Positions 38,621 through 51,599 of a DNA stretch of 64,000 nt are shown here, in pieces. This DNA is from Octopus sinensis. Taxonomy: Eukaryota. How positions within the stretch are numbered: the stretch's first letter is position 1; every line of letters starts with the position of its first letter. The notes under the pieces were generated by a model that worked only from the letters and a program-made list of their open reading frames with translations, searched no databases and was not told the DNA's origin. The DNA lies in NCBI RefSeq assembly GCF_006345805.1, contig NC_042997.1:85064001-85128000 (forward strand). The letters are read 5' to 3'. Position numbers and translations under genes: made by a program.

Positions 38621-39004
38621 TGAACGTGGTAATAATTTGTAAAAAGCAACCATTTTTTTTTATATATAAAGTTAATCAATTCTGCTTCCCATGATGTATA
38701 CTATTTAAATTATTATATATTGTAACAATATCGAATTCTAACATTAGAACATGGAGTCACATTTTGCAATAAGAAAAAGACGAATACGTAGACCATAGTA
38801 CTTATATGGTGCTTACAGATTTAGAAAGAAGAGGAAAAGCTAGGCAGTCTCGTCAGGAATTGAACTTATAACGTAAAGAGTGCATGTTAATGCTAAAAAG
38901 TCCCACCGATTCAACCAACCAACACCACCTTTGTATAATATTGTAATACAATTAATATTTGATATATATGTATATATATGTGTGCGTGTGTGTGTGTGTG
39001 TGTG

Positions 39005-39530
39005 AATGCATATGACTCAGTGGTTAGCGCGTCGGAGTTGCAATCATGAGGTAGCGAATTCGATTCCTGGACCGGTCTGCGCGTTGTGCCCTTGAGCAAG
39101 ACACTTTTTCACGTTGCTCCAGTTCACTCAGCGGTTGAAATGAGTTGCGACGTCACTGATGCCAAGCTGTATCGGCCTTTAACTTTCCCTTGGATAACAT
39201 CGGTAGCATGAAGAAGGGAGGCTAATATGTCTAGACCAATGGTTTTCAACCAGGGTTCCGCGGAACTTTAGGGTTCCGCCAGTACAGTCCAGGGGTTCCG
39301 CAAGAAGTTACAAAACTGCTAAAATCGGCAGTAATTTTTAATTCTCCTGTGCAGATATGTATGCATAAGACTATTAAATTATTGCACAGGGGTTCCTCGA
39401 GCCAGTGGAATGTTTCCTTGGGGTTCCGCTCCAGCAAAAAGTTTGAAAAGCACTGGTCTAGACGAATGCTGTTCTTCCATAAACAACCTTGCCCAGATTT
39501 GTGCCTTGGAGGGGAACTTTCTAGGTGATA
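39005..39530 (+). mobile_element. tRNA-like SINE family D, interrupted by a MITE
   Basis: gactcagtggttagcgcgtcgg...gaattcgattcctgg...ttgagcaagacactt...gttgctccagttcactcagc; the sequence resumes after the MITE with ttccataaacaaccttgccc. Confidence 0.8.
39237..39455. mobile_element. hAT (Charlie-like) MITE
   Basis: TIRs caatggttttcaacc / gtttgaaaagcactg; exact 8-bp TSD gtctagac at 39229-39236 and 39456-39463; internal ggggttccg repeats. Confidence 0.9.
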
Positions 39531-42500
39531 TAAGAATATTTGTGGTATTTGCAGGAGTGAACTAAATATAAAACGAAGTTGATACTGTAGTTATTTGATA
39601 ACAGAAATCTCAGGATTAAATTAAATACAGTATGAGCGAATGAAAAAACCCCAAAAAACATGTATTATCGTCCAACCTGCTAGTAATAACGCCCAAGTTT
39701 TCCTCAAACTAATTTGTCTTCAAGGGATTATTGCATTAATATAATCTTAGATACATAATGAGATAGCCAAGGCTGAGGAGATTTTGATCATGTGATCCGC
39801 TCAATCAGAGTTCAGCTGAGTTAAACAACAAGGAAAGGAAAAGACGGTTATAGCCGTTGCGATGTACTTTCAGAATAGCATAGTTCTAATCCAGTCAAAC
39901 CCAACTTTGGCTTCCATCTTTTCGAGGTTGACAAAATATAAAAGTGATCCAGATAAATCGGCGGAGCAAATATCACAAAATGTCATTTGTTTTTGCTCTT
40001 TGTATTCCGAGTTCTTGAGAGTAAACTATCAGTCGCTCGGTTTATGACCACCACATTTTTCTTGGATGTCTTTAGCGGAGTTCACTTTATTACAAGCATT
40101 CAGATTAGGTCTTTGGTTGGAGGACAAGTTCGTCCCTTCCTCCCAGTAGTTTCGAAGACTAGATAAAGACTCTTCGCTTAATAAAAATCTATAACAATAG
40201 TTTTTTTTTAATCTATAACAACACCTAAATATAGTGGTCTTTAACGGTGGTCTGGTGCTCTGTTATCTGAGTCATAAATAGAATATATTAGTAATATTGT
40301 ATTTGTACGTCTATTGTTATGGTTGAGACTTTACATAAAATATATCTTTGGTTCCTAAACGTAAAAGTTAAACATAACTGCTTGATACTATGAAATATTT
40401 TAGTACAAATTTATACAAAATGGAGCAAATATAAATGACTTAGAACTTTTAATTCTATGAGGAAGTACTTTAATTATGGTGTCATAAAGTACTATAATGT
40501 TGAAAATATCCAAAGGGTTAAGTTTTTCTTCTCCATTGATTACATTTTCCATAAATCATTTATAAACCAGTTACCACAACTTGAATCGTGCCTTATTTCT
40601 CAACTGATGATGCCTTTGAACACATTTTAAGAGATTGGGTATAAATGACTAAAGCAATAAAACTGTCTTCACCATACTGCTAATTTTTCTCGGGAAAGCA
40701 AGTTTAGATGATATATCCAGTAAGTACAAGGGAAAAAAGTTTGTTTACAAAAAAAAAAGTTTTCTCAAGAAGATTGAATTACACGAATCACATTCCCGTT
40801 GAATTATGAACAAACAAAGGAGTTTATACGCTTACTCGACCTGACAGAAATAACGGCTAAATTTCCTTCACATTACATCCTACTTTTTTATAGTCCGAGC
40901 TGTAATATTCCCGAAAAAGAAAATTGGGGTAATCATAATCTGGACTGCTTTGATGGGCAAACAATATCAACCGGTTAAATGTCATTGGTCAAAAGATAGC
41001 TAATTGCAAATATGAAGCTATATAGTTCACATACGCTATTCCTTTATTCTATATTTCATTCTCGTGTTTTATTAATTAATAGTTGCAAAATATTTGCTCC
41101 AAAGCGCTGTAAAAGGCTAAAAATTGCAGGCTGGTCAACGCAGATTCAGCTAACTAATTTCAAGACAGTTTTAAAGAATATTACAAACACTTGAACATTA
41201 TCGACCGATTAGACTCAAAACTTCGATTCTCTGCTTAAAGAAAATTTGCCAAAGTAAAAGTGAAATAAATTTGAAGGCAAAATATTCTTTATAGGACAAC
41301 TAGCTTGGAGTGGTTCTTTAAGTAACATGTTACTTAAGTTCTCAAAAAACTTGGGTTTGATTGCAGCAGTTGATTTATTATTCATAGAAGAATAAGCCTA
41401 ATTTTCTTTGCGGAAATCGTTTCAGACATTGGAAGAGACGGGAACATTTCTGATATATTACTCTTTGAGCTAAGTGGAGACAGGACCGTGAGCAGATTAG
41501 AAAACTTTTGAGTAATTGTTGATGACGTATTCTGTATTTACTGTCACCTATAAATTAGATTGTTCTATTTTCTTTCCATCAACTTTTAAAAGTGATCAAC
41601 ATATTTATGTAAAAAGAGGCTTCGTAATTTATGAAAGTGCAGTCAAATAAAATCGATTCGTATCTGAAAGAAAAAAACAAAAGTAAGTCACCCGTTTTGT
41701 AGATTCATAAAATCATATATAATTCTCACAATGATTTTAAGCAATTCTACAGTTGTGAGAAAGTCCAACTTAATTTTTGTTTTGTATTTCCTTTGAAAAT
41801 TGTTTCTGCTGACTGGTACATAAGCAACCGCTGAGAAATACTTTTAAGATTTACATCACCCTTACATCATGTCCAAATAAATATAATCGGTTGTTTTTAG
41901 TTTCCCCTCAACTTGTATAATCTTCTTGCAGTGCTTGTTTTCCCTTATGGGATGGTTGTAAATAGCGGTTGTCAAACATCTTACTTAGGATTTCAGGAAT
42001 ATTGTGCTAACCAACCTTCTCTTTAACAATTAAATTTCACTGATCTTATGAATTTTCACTTCAGTCACAACAAAACATCAGAACAATTTGCAGTGTTTTA
42101 AAATTTATCATTAATATCTGCCTACACAAGTAGTATTGAAGATCTCTCTGTAAATTATATATTATTTACCATTGTTTGTTTTAAAAAGAAACTTACTTGG
42201 ATTTGGCGCAAAAGAGATTAAAATCCATTGACCCGTTTGGCAAATCCACAACATTGACCTAAAATATTTATGAGCAGTCGAATTGGCACAGAATAGAAAG
42301 ATACGAAATAAATATTTCATGAAATCTAAATTCTGCAGCGGCCAGGTCATTTTATCGATTTCAGGGAGATTAAAACCCGATAATATATTGGTTTCAAATT
42401 TTGACTCAAGGCCAGCAATTCCGGGGGGGTGGGGGGCTAAGTCGATTAGATCAGCCCCAGTGTCAAGTTTCGTAATTTACTTAACACAGGTATAGGAACA

Positions 42501-42623
42501 AGGATCAAATAGCCGTACACTGTGAATTTCTATCTCACCGTAGGGGAAGCACAACCAACAAGCAGAAAGTATGTGAAGTGACAACATCAACCGTAATTCT
42601 TTAGTGATAGAACCAATTGTTGA

Positions 42624-42680
42624 TTCTTTATTACCCACAAGGAGCCAACACAGAGGGACAATACAAGGACAGGACAAGTG
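42624..42680 (-). mobile_element. Isolated tail-1-like retroposon 3' end attached to non-SINE-A sequence
   Basis: ttctttattacccacaaggagccaacacagagggacaatacaaggacaggacaag is the complement of tail-1; the upstream sequence differs from the SINE-A body. Confidence 0.6.
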
Positions 42681-42966
42681 GGAAAAAAATAAACGAATGA
42701 AACAAGATAGATGGAAAAAAATAGATAGATGAAATGACAGCCACTCGAACCCCACACTTCCAGTGACCTCATTGAAACTTTCACACGACTCAGAGTATGG
42801 AAGTTTGACCCAGTTTTGTAGAGACCTAAACTACCAAAACTCAGTAAAATCGTGCTATAGCTGCAATATTATATATTTTGTGTCGCATATTTATAAATTC
42901 TCGAAAATACTTTATTTTCTCGAAAATGCCAATTTTTCGAAAAGTTACAATGTTTTCTTTAAATCT

Positions 42967-45900
42967 CTAAGGTATTTCACCTGTTTTCCTATATTTAACC
43001 TTTAAAGAAGATATTTTGTTCTTTATCTTTGCCTCAGTTGGATACGTGAATATATCGTCGTGTGGAGAATGTCTTTGTTGGAACAATTCCCATACCCTGC
43101 ATGGTGTAATATTAGGATCTTCCTGAAATATTTCCAGCACTGTTGACTTGAATGGCTCATGAATTCAACGGCTACGAATACGATGTTCATTGTCCATTTT
43201 CTTTTCTTTGCCATCAAGGATGAAATAACAGTTCGAATTTCTGTTTCCGATGGTAAATCCAAACGCCCAGGATGTTTACGTTTAAGTTCCACTAACATTT
43301 TACCTGGACCTCGTTTCATAGCTTTGTTTTCATTACTCAAATTAAACATATCAATAATTTTTTATTTAAATGGATCCACATACTTTCGACCATACTCATC
43401 ACCGCGCTTTCTTGTCCTTGCCCATCCTGTTTCAAATTCACAACACTCATTATTATGCTGGATTGCTACATGAATAGGATCAAACATGTTCTTCAACATT
43501 TGAACTAGTATTAATCACCTCAAATGGATGCTGTTCATATATATCTTTAGCGTAAACAATAGCTTGACTGATTAAATCGTGTTGTCCTAAGGCTGCCTTG
43601 CAATTATGGATTTCCATTTTGTAGGCAGTTGCAAATTCCCTACGACATAAATTACATTGAATAGGATTTTCATCGTCTGATTCCATATCCAAATCATTAA
43701 TATTTGATGCTACAGCAAGTCCAATACGATGCTTCTCTGGGATATTCCCCTCAACACCATAAACAATACATTTTGTTAAGCTGCCTCTACCTTTCTCTAC
43801 AACACCTATATCTTCATCAGAGTTTTTTTCAAATATTTCATTTTCACTGGAAGCACAATCTTCTTCATCAGATTCGCTTTCACAGTTTCCTTCATTTACG
43901 TTGTTCGTAGTGCCATTGATAAGGTTATATGTTGCTGTCTATGGTAAGTTCGAATTTTCATAAACTGCAGCGGAATTCCTTGTCGAATCAAACTGTACTT
44001 CCATATGATCACCTATCTTTTGTAATTTTCCAATTATCTCCAAGTTTTCCTGTTCAAACTGTTCAAAAGTAGGCCTATTAACACCAACCAATTCTGCCAC
44101 TGTATTACTTACACCACCATTAGCATTTAAAGCATCAACTAATTCAACAGAAGTTATAACTTTAAACCCATATTACAATGCATATACACATGCCTCATAG
44201 CTGTAGCAAAATGAGCATCGATACTGCCTTTACCATCTTGTACACCAGTGTGTACAAAAGTACAAAGTTTAAGGTTGAATCTATCTGCAATTTTATATAA
44301 TGTAAACAATAAGTTTCCCTCACATCTTGCGTTGTCAGATTATACATAAAGATTTCGAATGTATGGAAATTTGGTTCGATATTTGTCTATATACTGCGTC
44401 AAAATAGGACATAACAGCCACATAGTCTTGCTTACTATCTCCGGTAGAAATGTGATCGAAGTAAGTGAAACGATAATCCTTTAAATTTTCACTATTACGC
44501 CGTTCTTCATCGGTGTATCTTGTATACATCATGGTTCCATGCCACGATGACCCTTTCTTACCGTAAAAATCAGTAGTTTTTTCCCTACTGCATATAGCTT
44601 CAAATTTCATTTTGAAATCCATGACAACCATAGCATCTTCTAAACCTAAATTGAACATTATTTCATCAATCCTATTTCAATTGATTAAGTACTCTCACAC
44701 GATGGCCAAATAAAAGATATAATTTTTCCATAGCATGATTAAATAGAATTTCATGTTCTGGGCTCACATGCCGTTTAATGTATGGTATTACATGCTTGGG
44801 AAAGCAACAAACACCACATTGTTTCATTTCCGCTCCAGAGCTGGATAAAGAAAACTCTTTATCCGTGACACTACATGTAGAAATGTGTCCCTCAAAAGTT
44901 GTCTTAATGTAAGCTTCTAAACCATTAACAATAGCATTCAAAGATTCTGATTCGGCACTAGTAGCAACAACAGTCTTCAAACGTGCAAAATTATCATACA
45001 TTAATACTCCCGACACATAATCGACCGCTTGTTTAATTGTTTGATCCTTAGTAGTTAACGTTTTGACTATCTTCCGGAATGGTGTCGATCCCAATTGTTT
45101 ATTTTGAGGTATGGTTTCTTTGTAATCACGTAGCATTATAGTTATATTCTTTTTCCTAATCAGCTTGGGGAGATTTATTTCTTCGCCATTAATCGTAAAT
45201 GTTTTGGTACCCCATCAGATTTAGCATACATTAGCATCCGGCAAAACAAACTCCACTGCAGCTTTCATTTGATCACGATCGTATCGTATAATTGATCTAT
45301 TGGAGGGTGTAAGCTGCTTTCAACTTTCCATATGTTTATATTTTCGTCTTAATGAAGCTACTTTCTTCATACCAATACCAAAACGATCTTTCAAAACACT
45401 TGAAACGAAGGATACCGCTAATGGAGCTGTAACAGCATTAGTTTGTACATTTCTCGGCAATGCATCTCGTACTTTAATGATATTTTCCGCTAATTTGCCT
45501 CCATCGACGACACCTTCTCATTCGTTTTTAACAACCTCTTTCATAAGGCCTTCGGCATCATGTGAACTAATGATAGAGCATACCTTTTTCATTATGGAAC
45601 TGGTAAGTTTCACTGGTCGCTTTTTAACTGCTTCGTCAAAGTCTTCCATTCGGGTACTTTCCCGTTTAGCTTTTCCCGGTAATGACGATACTGATATTAA
45701 ACTAAATGCTTTATAGAATGTCCCTACTGTTGAAACAATTTATGAAGGATCACTAATTTCTGGTTCAGAATCCTCTTGTCCCGTATACACACTACGTTTT
45801 CTTGTATTTATATTTGTTTTCCGTGTGCCGACAACTCCCATAAGTCGTATTCTTTTTGTGGCACGTGAGTTTACATTTTCGTTGCGTTTATTATCTCCAT

Positions 45901-46030
45901 GACATGTACATCCACATCTGTACCATCCTTCGCAACTAATACATCTACCGTTTTTGCAAGTACATTGATAATTCTGACATAACTGCTGATTGGGTGAAGC
46001 AAACTCAAAATCTGGACTACCTGTGTGCAT
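42967..46030 (-). pseudogene. Decayed DD(D)-type DNA transposase, Sola3-like, about 1000 codons
   Basis: Manual translation across frameshifts: Cys-rich N-terminus (CxC..C..C..CxCxC); WGTKTFTINGEEINLPKLIRK; QAVDYVSGVL; VVMDFKMKFEAICSREKTTDFYGKKGSSWHG (D at 44617-44619); FPYIRNLYV*SDNARC (D at 44334-44336); HTGVQDGKGSIDAHFA (D at 44217-44219); NANGGVSNTVAELV; CNLCRREF...HNC; GWARTRKRGDEYG; two PxE..I...ISSL repeats; stop at 42967. The family assignment comes from recalled motif similarity, not a search. Confidence 0.7.
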
Positions 46031-46199
46031 TTTTTTGATATATTAATTTTAACCAATCTAATTGCCCTGTTTCTTATTCAGTTTGTGACAATTCAGTATT
46101 TTAAAGTTCTACAAAAAGTCAATACACTAACCCGTGAAGCGACTCTTGAACTTTATTTACGCAGTCAATGAATATTTTAAAGTCTCTGAAACAATTTTA

Positions 46200-47390
46200 A
46201 CATCATTAGCGCTTCCATTTTATCGTTTCTGGATATACAGCTCGGGAACTTCCCGTAGCGGGCAATCCGTTGATATCGACTTCTCTTCCCGTACTGACGA
46301 CATTCCTCCCGAAACTCTCTTCCGGCCTATCAAAGTTTTCCCTCGGCATGAGTGAACATTTCGCATGAGAGGGCATCTCCTCACAACCCGAAGTGTCTAC
46401 TTTTACCAAAGTGTTCAAATTTTCAATCTTCTTTCTCGCTGTTTCGCTAGCGTCATTATACAACATCATAAAGTACTTTTCTCGGGGTCATGTGGGGGAT
46501 TTTTGTGGTTCCTGTGTGTCTGCAAGGCTGATGTTTATATCTGGTGGTATAGGGTGAGGGCTGGTGTCTGCAAGGAGATAGGATATGGTAGGGATCTGGT
46601 TGGGGTGGGGTGGGGGTTAACATCAACAGTTTGTGTCCTTCTTTTTCTCCTTTTTTCCGGCCGCTTCATACTCATCCATAGTTTTATCCTGTGCTTTGTC
46701 TTCCTTTTCTTCCTTATTGATGAATTCTCCCTCACGCCCGCAGCATTTGTTATTACAGGAGGTGTTGATGCAGTTTATTTTCCAATTGATGGTGCCTTTA
46801 CGGGAGGTGGATGGCATTCCGCCCTTATGTGGTCTTTTGGCCACACTTGTAGCAACGGGACTTCCTGCCCTCCACCATAACCCTAAGTATCACTTTTTCA
46901 CCCACTGTTATGGTGTCTACTATCTTCTACAGGTTCCCCAGGGCGGCCTACATAACCACCTCCAGGTGCTGTCCTTTCCAATTTATTTGTGTTGTTCTAG
47001 TTGCTTGGAGGACCACAATCTTTCCCTCAAGACCTAGCAGTATTGCTGCCACTAGCCAGGCCACATCCGCCTCCGGAGGGATTTCTTCCACTCTTACTCT
47101 GAAAGCACGTCTTCCAAGGTAAATGGGCAGAAGTACCACCTCGTCAGTCTTCAGGGAGGTTACTGAATGCTGCCTGGATATTGCCTCGGTAAGAAACAGC
47201 ACCTCCACTGTCGCGAACTTCCTCCCTTTGGCACCTTCGTTTTGGGATCACCACTACTTTATCTCCCCTTCTTCCTAGCTCTCCTGTGTGACCCTCTGTC
47301 CGGTATTCTTCATGATAGATCGCTAGCCACTAAATCTATTTTATTTTCCCTCCCTGTTTATTTCTATGTTCTTTTCTGTCGAAGAGCGTT
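46200..47390 (-). mobile_element. L1/Tx1-type ORF1 fragment with CCHC zinc knuckle, no ORF2
   Basis: VEVLFLTEA...LLPIYLGRRAFRVRVEEIPPEADVAWLVAAIL...; LRVMVEGRKSRCYKCGQK(frameshift)DHIRAEC = CX2CX4HX4C at about 46810-46880; followed by a charged low-complexity tail. Confidence 0.7.
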
Positions 47391-48849
47391 AAACCAATAC
47401 ATCTGTTTATTGTCTACACACCCGTCTTCGTCTTTTGATTCTTTTGTAAATTCTCACTGTATATATATATATATAACCGGACAAGTTCACATAAAACTCG
47501 TGCATGCCATGTAACTGGCGTTTTTTTTTTAATTATTTAAACAAATGAACAACATTTGTTGTATATTGATTAGGAATTCAATACCTGAAACCCAGTGTTC
47601 AACTGGTACTTATTTTATTGACCCTGAGAGGCAAAGTTGACACTTTTGGAATTCTACAGTTTTATAAATGCTCTTATTTTGTTACATAATATAATACATG
47701 TTCATAACTTTGCTTTATTATATTAAAATTTTATATCTTCGATTTTATGAACCAACTTGTTCCATAATGTTAAATAATTCTGTTAGGTCTTCGATTTCGT
47801 TCCGTAGTTAATCTTGTGGAAATTCCATGCTTTATAAATATACTTATTTCTGTTCTAATGAATAAATTTATTGCTCCTCTTAACATTTTATTATGTTAAA
47901 GATTTCGCTTATATCTTCGATTTCGTTCTGTAGTTATAGATTTGAAAGCCCGCTCCTAAAATGTCCTCATTATTCTCTGAGTATGGCTACGCAGCCGAGA
48001 GGTCTAAGATTCGTATCATGCTAATGCTGTACCCCATAACACTTAACTGTTAATAAATGAACACACCTACCTTTTATTCACCTTGTTGTTGTGGCGGTGG
48101 TTGTTGTTGTATAACTCCTGGTCAACCACAATCGAGTAAATTATGTCCAATGACACTGCAGCTGAGACAATCCTGGAGGTGGTTCGATTAAATTACGGAC
48201 GTAGTTTCACGTTGGCGTTTTTATGTCCTAGTGCTGATATTGATTTGTTGGCTCAAATCAATCCCGACCGAGCAGATTCGTGACTCAAGGCGTTGCAGCC
48301 GTGACTATCTCGTTTTCTTAGGGGCATGTAGAATTACATTGTCCACCTTTCGTTAAAAACGGTAGGGTGTGTGGTCAGAGAGAATTTGGATGCTATTTTT
48401 AACTGGTCAAGCGGCCGTATTCAGGTTTCTTCATTGAGTTTAAGTTATAATTAAGCATGCTGAATATCATAATTCACCTCTGTATTCTTTAAATAGGGAT
48501 TGTGTAATTGATGAGCAACTCATTGACTTGTAGTTTCAAACTAAATTCCTTTGACGGAATGTCCCCTCTGACAGAGGTTTTATTGAGCAAGATATTTATT
48601 ATTAATCTGATTACACAATTGAATAGAAACAAGAGATAAGCGCCGATCATATGGATCCTTTTAATTTGGGAAGGTATTAACTATAATACAACTGGAATAT
48701 TGTCAAGAATTTACTCTGTAATATGTTCTTATTCACTCCACTAGACCAAGTTTGGAGAATGGATTGTGATGCTCGAAAGAGTAAAGCAGTATAGGCGTAA
48801 TAATCTCACCTGGCGTATATAATTTTGTAAATATATCTATCTTCAAACG

Positions 48850-49050
48850 CGACGAACTGGCTGAACCGTTAGCGCGTCGGAACAAATACTTATCGACATT
48901 TCTTCCGGCTCTTTACGTCCTCTGCTCAAATCCCGCTGAGGTCAACCTTTCATTCTCTTGGGGCGATAAAATAAAGTATCAGTCAAGCACTGGGTTAATA
49001 TAATCGACTAACTCCTTTCCTAAAATTGCAGGTTTTGTACCAAAATTTGA
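48850..49050 (+). mobile_element. SINE family A copy
   Basis: gcgacgaactggctgaaccgttagcgcgtcgg...caaatcccgctgaggtcaacc...cctaaaattgcaggttttgtaccaaaat. Confidence 0.8.
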
Positions 49051-49784
49051 AAAATATTTTTGCTTCAAACAGTAACAAGGTAGCCGTCAACTTTTATTTG
49101 CATGGACAACTTTTCCTAACATGAATATCAATTCAAGTCAAAGTTTAGATTTATAGCATACATATTGTCTCTGTACAACTTAGGAGTGGATTAGGTTTGA
49201 CGGTGTCACCTGGCCTGATAAAAAATAACTTCAAAAAGTGAAGTACTTCAAAACCATGTCATGAGATTTATGATTGGCAAATACCTTACTGACAGAGTGT
49301 TTAAGAAGTAATAGAAGTGGGAAAGTGGGCAGGACACAATTCAATAATGGAAATAAAGTTTGTAGATTTCATGTCGTGTAATCTCCTTAGAAACCGAATT
49401 TCGGTCACAGCTATTCCACTTATGATGCTTAGTGCACTTGAAAGTTTGGCAGACTTACACATACACAGGTAATTGTTTTAAACCAGTCTCTTAGGCCTCC
49501 GTCAGCAAGACTTAGTATTATATCTATACCTCTATGTGTAGGTCTAAGCAAAGTTTATTTTGTGGACGACTAGCCGACGAATGAACTTCTACCTAGTCAC
49601 TTGACTAGGTAGAAACAACAACGAAATCTTCCTTATGTCATTCCAAGGAAGGATATGTTAGTTAAGTTGACCAAAATATGCCAACGAAATTTGAGGCTTT
49701 CATGACTTAAACCTACCTTCTCATGGGCCTGTTGAATCAGGACGTGATATAGAACTAAACAACGACTACCATATTCAAAACATA

Positions 49785-50200
49785 TTCTCTTTTACTCTTT
49801 TGCTCTTTTACTTGCTTCAGTCATTTGACTGCGGCCATGCTGGAGCACCGCCTTTAGTCGATCAAATCGACCCCAGGACTTATTCTTTGTAAGCCTAGTA
49901 CTTATTCTATCTGTCGCTTTTGCCAAACCGCTAAGTTACGGGGACGTAAACACACCAGCATCGGTTGTCAAGTGATGGGGGGGGGCAGATGCAGACACAC
50001 AAACACACACACACACATATATATATATACATATATACGACGGGCTTTTTTTCAGTTTCCGTCTACCAAATCCACTCATGAGGCTTTGGTCGGCCCGAGG
50101 CTATAGTGGAAGACACTTGCCTAAGGTGCCATGCAGTGGGACTGAACCCGGAACTATGTGGTTGGTAAGCAAGCCACTCACCACACAGCCACTCCTGCGC
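49785..50200 (-). mobile_element. SINE family B, full length
   Basis: Tail ctcttttactcttttgctcttttacttgcttcagtcatttgactgcggccatgctggagcacc through to the head accacacagccactcctgcgcc. Confidence 0.92.
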
Positions 50201-50661
50201 CTATTCATTTACTATTCATCCATTCATTTACTCAACAGGCTGTTAAAATTCATCCGCAACTTTCGGTTTTAAGAAGCTGTCCTCGGTCGGTGGTTGTTAT
50301 TTTGAAATCTTGAAATCATTGGAATTATTATGTTTTTTATTTCTTTTATTCTAAAGGATACTATCAGATGTGATGTCTATCGCAATAAGAGTCATGTTAA
50401 GCAGCTGTTGACAGTGTATACTGAAGTAGGGATATAAGAAGGTATAGCTTATGGGCTTCAGTTCGAGCTAGAGCATCTACGGCAAAAACATACATGAATG
50501 TGACATCTTATATACATTTCACTATATCTTTTCTGCTATAGGCAACGGGGCCTAAACCTTTGGAGGAAGGGACTAGTCGATTACAGAGACCCCAGTGTTT
50601 AAATGGTACTTATTCTATCGGTCACACACACACATACACACACGCACGCATACACACACAA

Positions 50662-50711
<50 letters not shown>

Positions 50712-50736
50712 GCACATACATGCACACGCTCTCTCA

Positions 50737-50772
<36 letters not shown>

Positions 50773-50917
50773 TTCCTAACATACACTCAAACGCGTCTCT
50801 GCACGGGAGGTGCTGATCTCAGTGATAGAGTGGTGGCTGTGAAGTTCATGTTGGTGGTGATGATGGGAGCAGTGATAAAGGCCATGATGGAGATATATTT
50901 GTTCCTCTGTGTGTGTT

Positions 50918-50948
<31 letters not shown>

Positions 50949-51599
50949 GTGTGTGTGTGCGCGCGCGTGTGCGTTACAAAATAGTTATTCGAGAAATGCT
51001 GACATTATTTTTCTATATTTCTGATTTACGAGTGAAACAATCCCACCCTCTCCTCCATTCACTTGATTGTGAATAACCACAAGAATACGACATGCTTTCA
51101 ACCTAAATAATTTAAATGGAAAAAAAAACTACTGCAACGAGTGCCGGCTAACTGGCTTTATTAAAATATTGAAGTCAATCAATGTTGCTCTCCCTTCCTA
51201 TCTCTCTTTATATGTGTGTGTTTGTGTGTGTTTGCGCGCATGTGCGTGTGTGTATAAAAGATGCAAGTTTTCGTCAGGGTGACTCAAACTAATAGGTATG
51301 AGCTCTGTGTGCTAAAATTTGTATGTCACTAAAATTACATACATACATACATACATATATATATATTATATATATATATATATATATTCTCCTCTCTTCT
51401 GCTCTCCCTTCTTCCTTCCTGTTTCCTCTTTCTCCTTCTGCATTCTTTACAATCAGTGTAACTAGTAACGAAATTTTACAAAAAACTTATTCCAAAGAGT
51501 TCCTATGAATGAACGAAAGCGCTATATAAAGAATTATCCAAAATTCTGGCTGCATATATAGGTACAGGAAATCACCTAAAGTAAACAACATAAAATACG

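Noticed and set aside
39005-39075. SINE heads as genuine tRNA genes
   Set aside because: A/B-box-like motifs are present but no complete cloverleaf, and they continue into SINE bodies.
42760-46150. Putative TIRs for the Sola-like element (shared ttgac..ttttgtaga; gactc|ttga near 46145)
   Set aside because: Similarity is too short and gapped, and there is no matching TSD.
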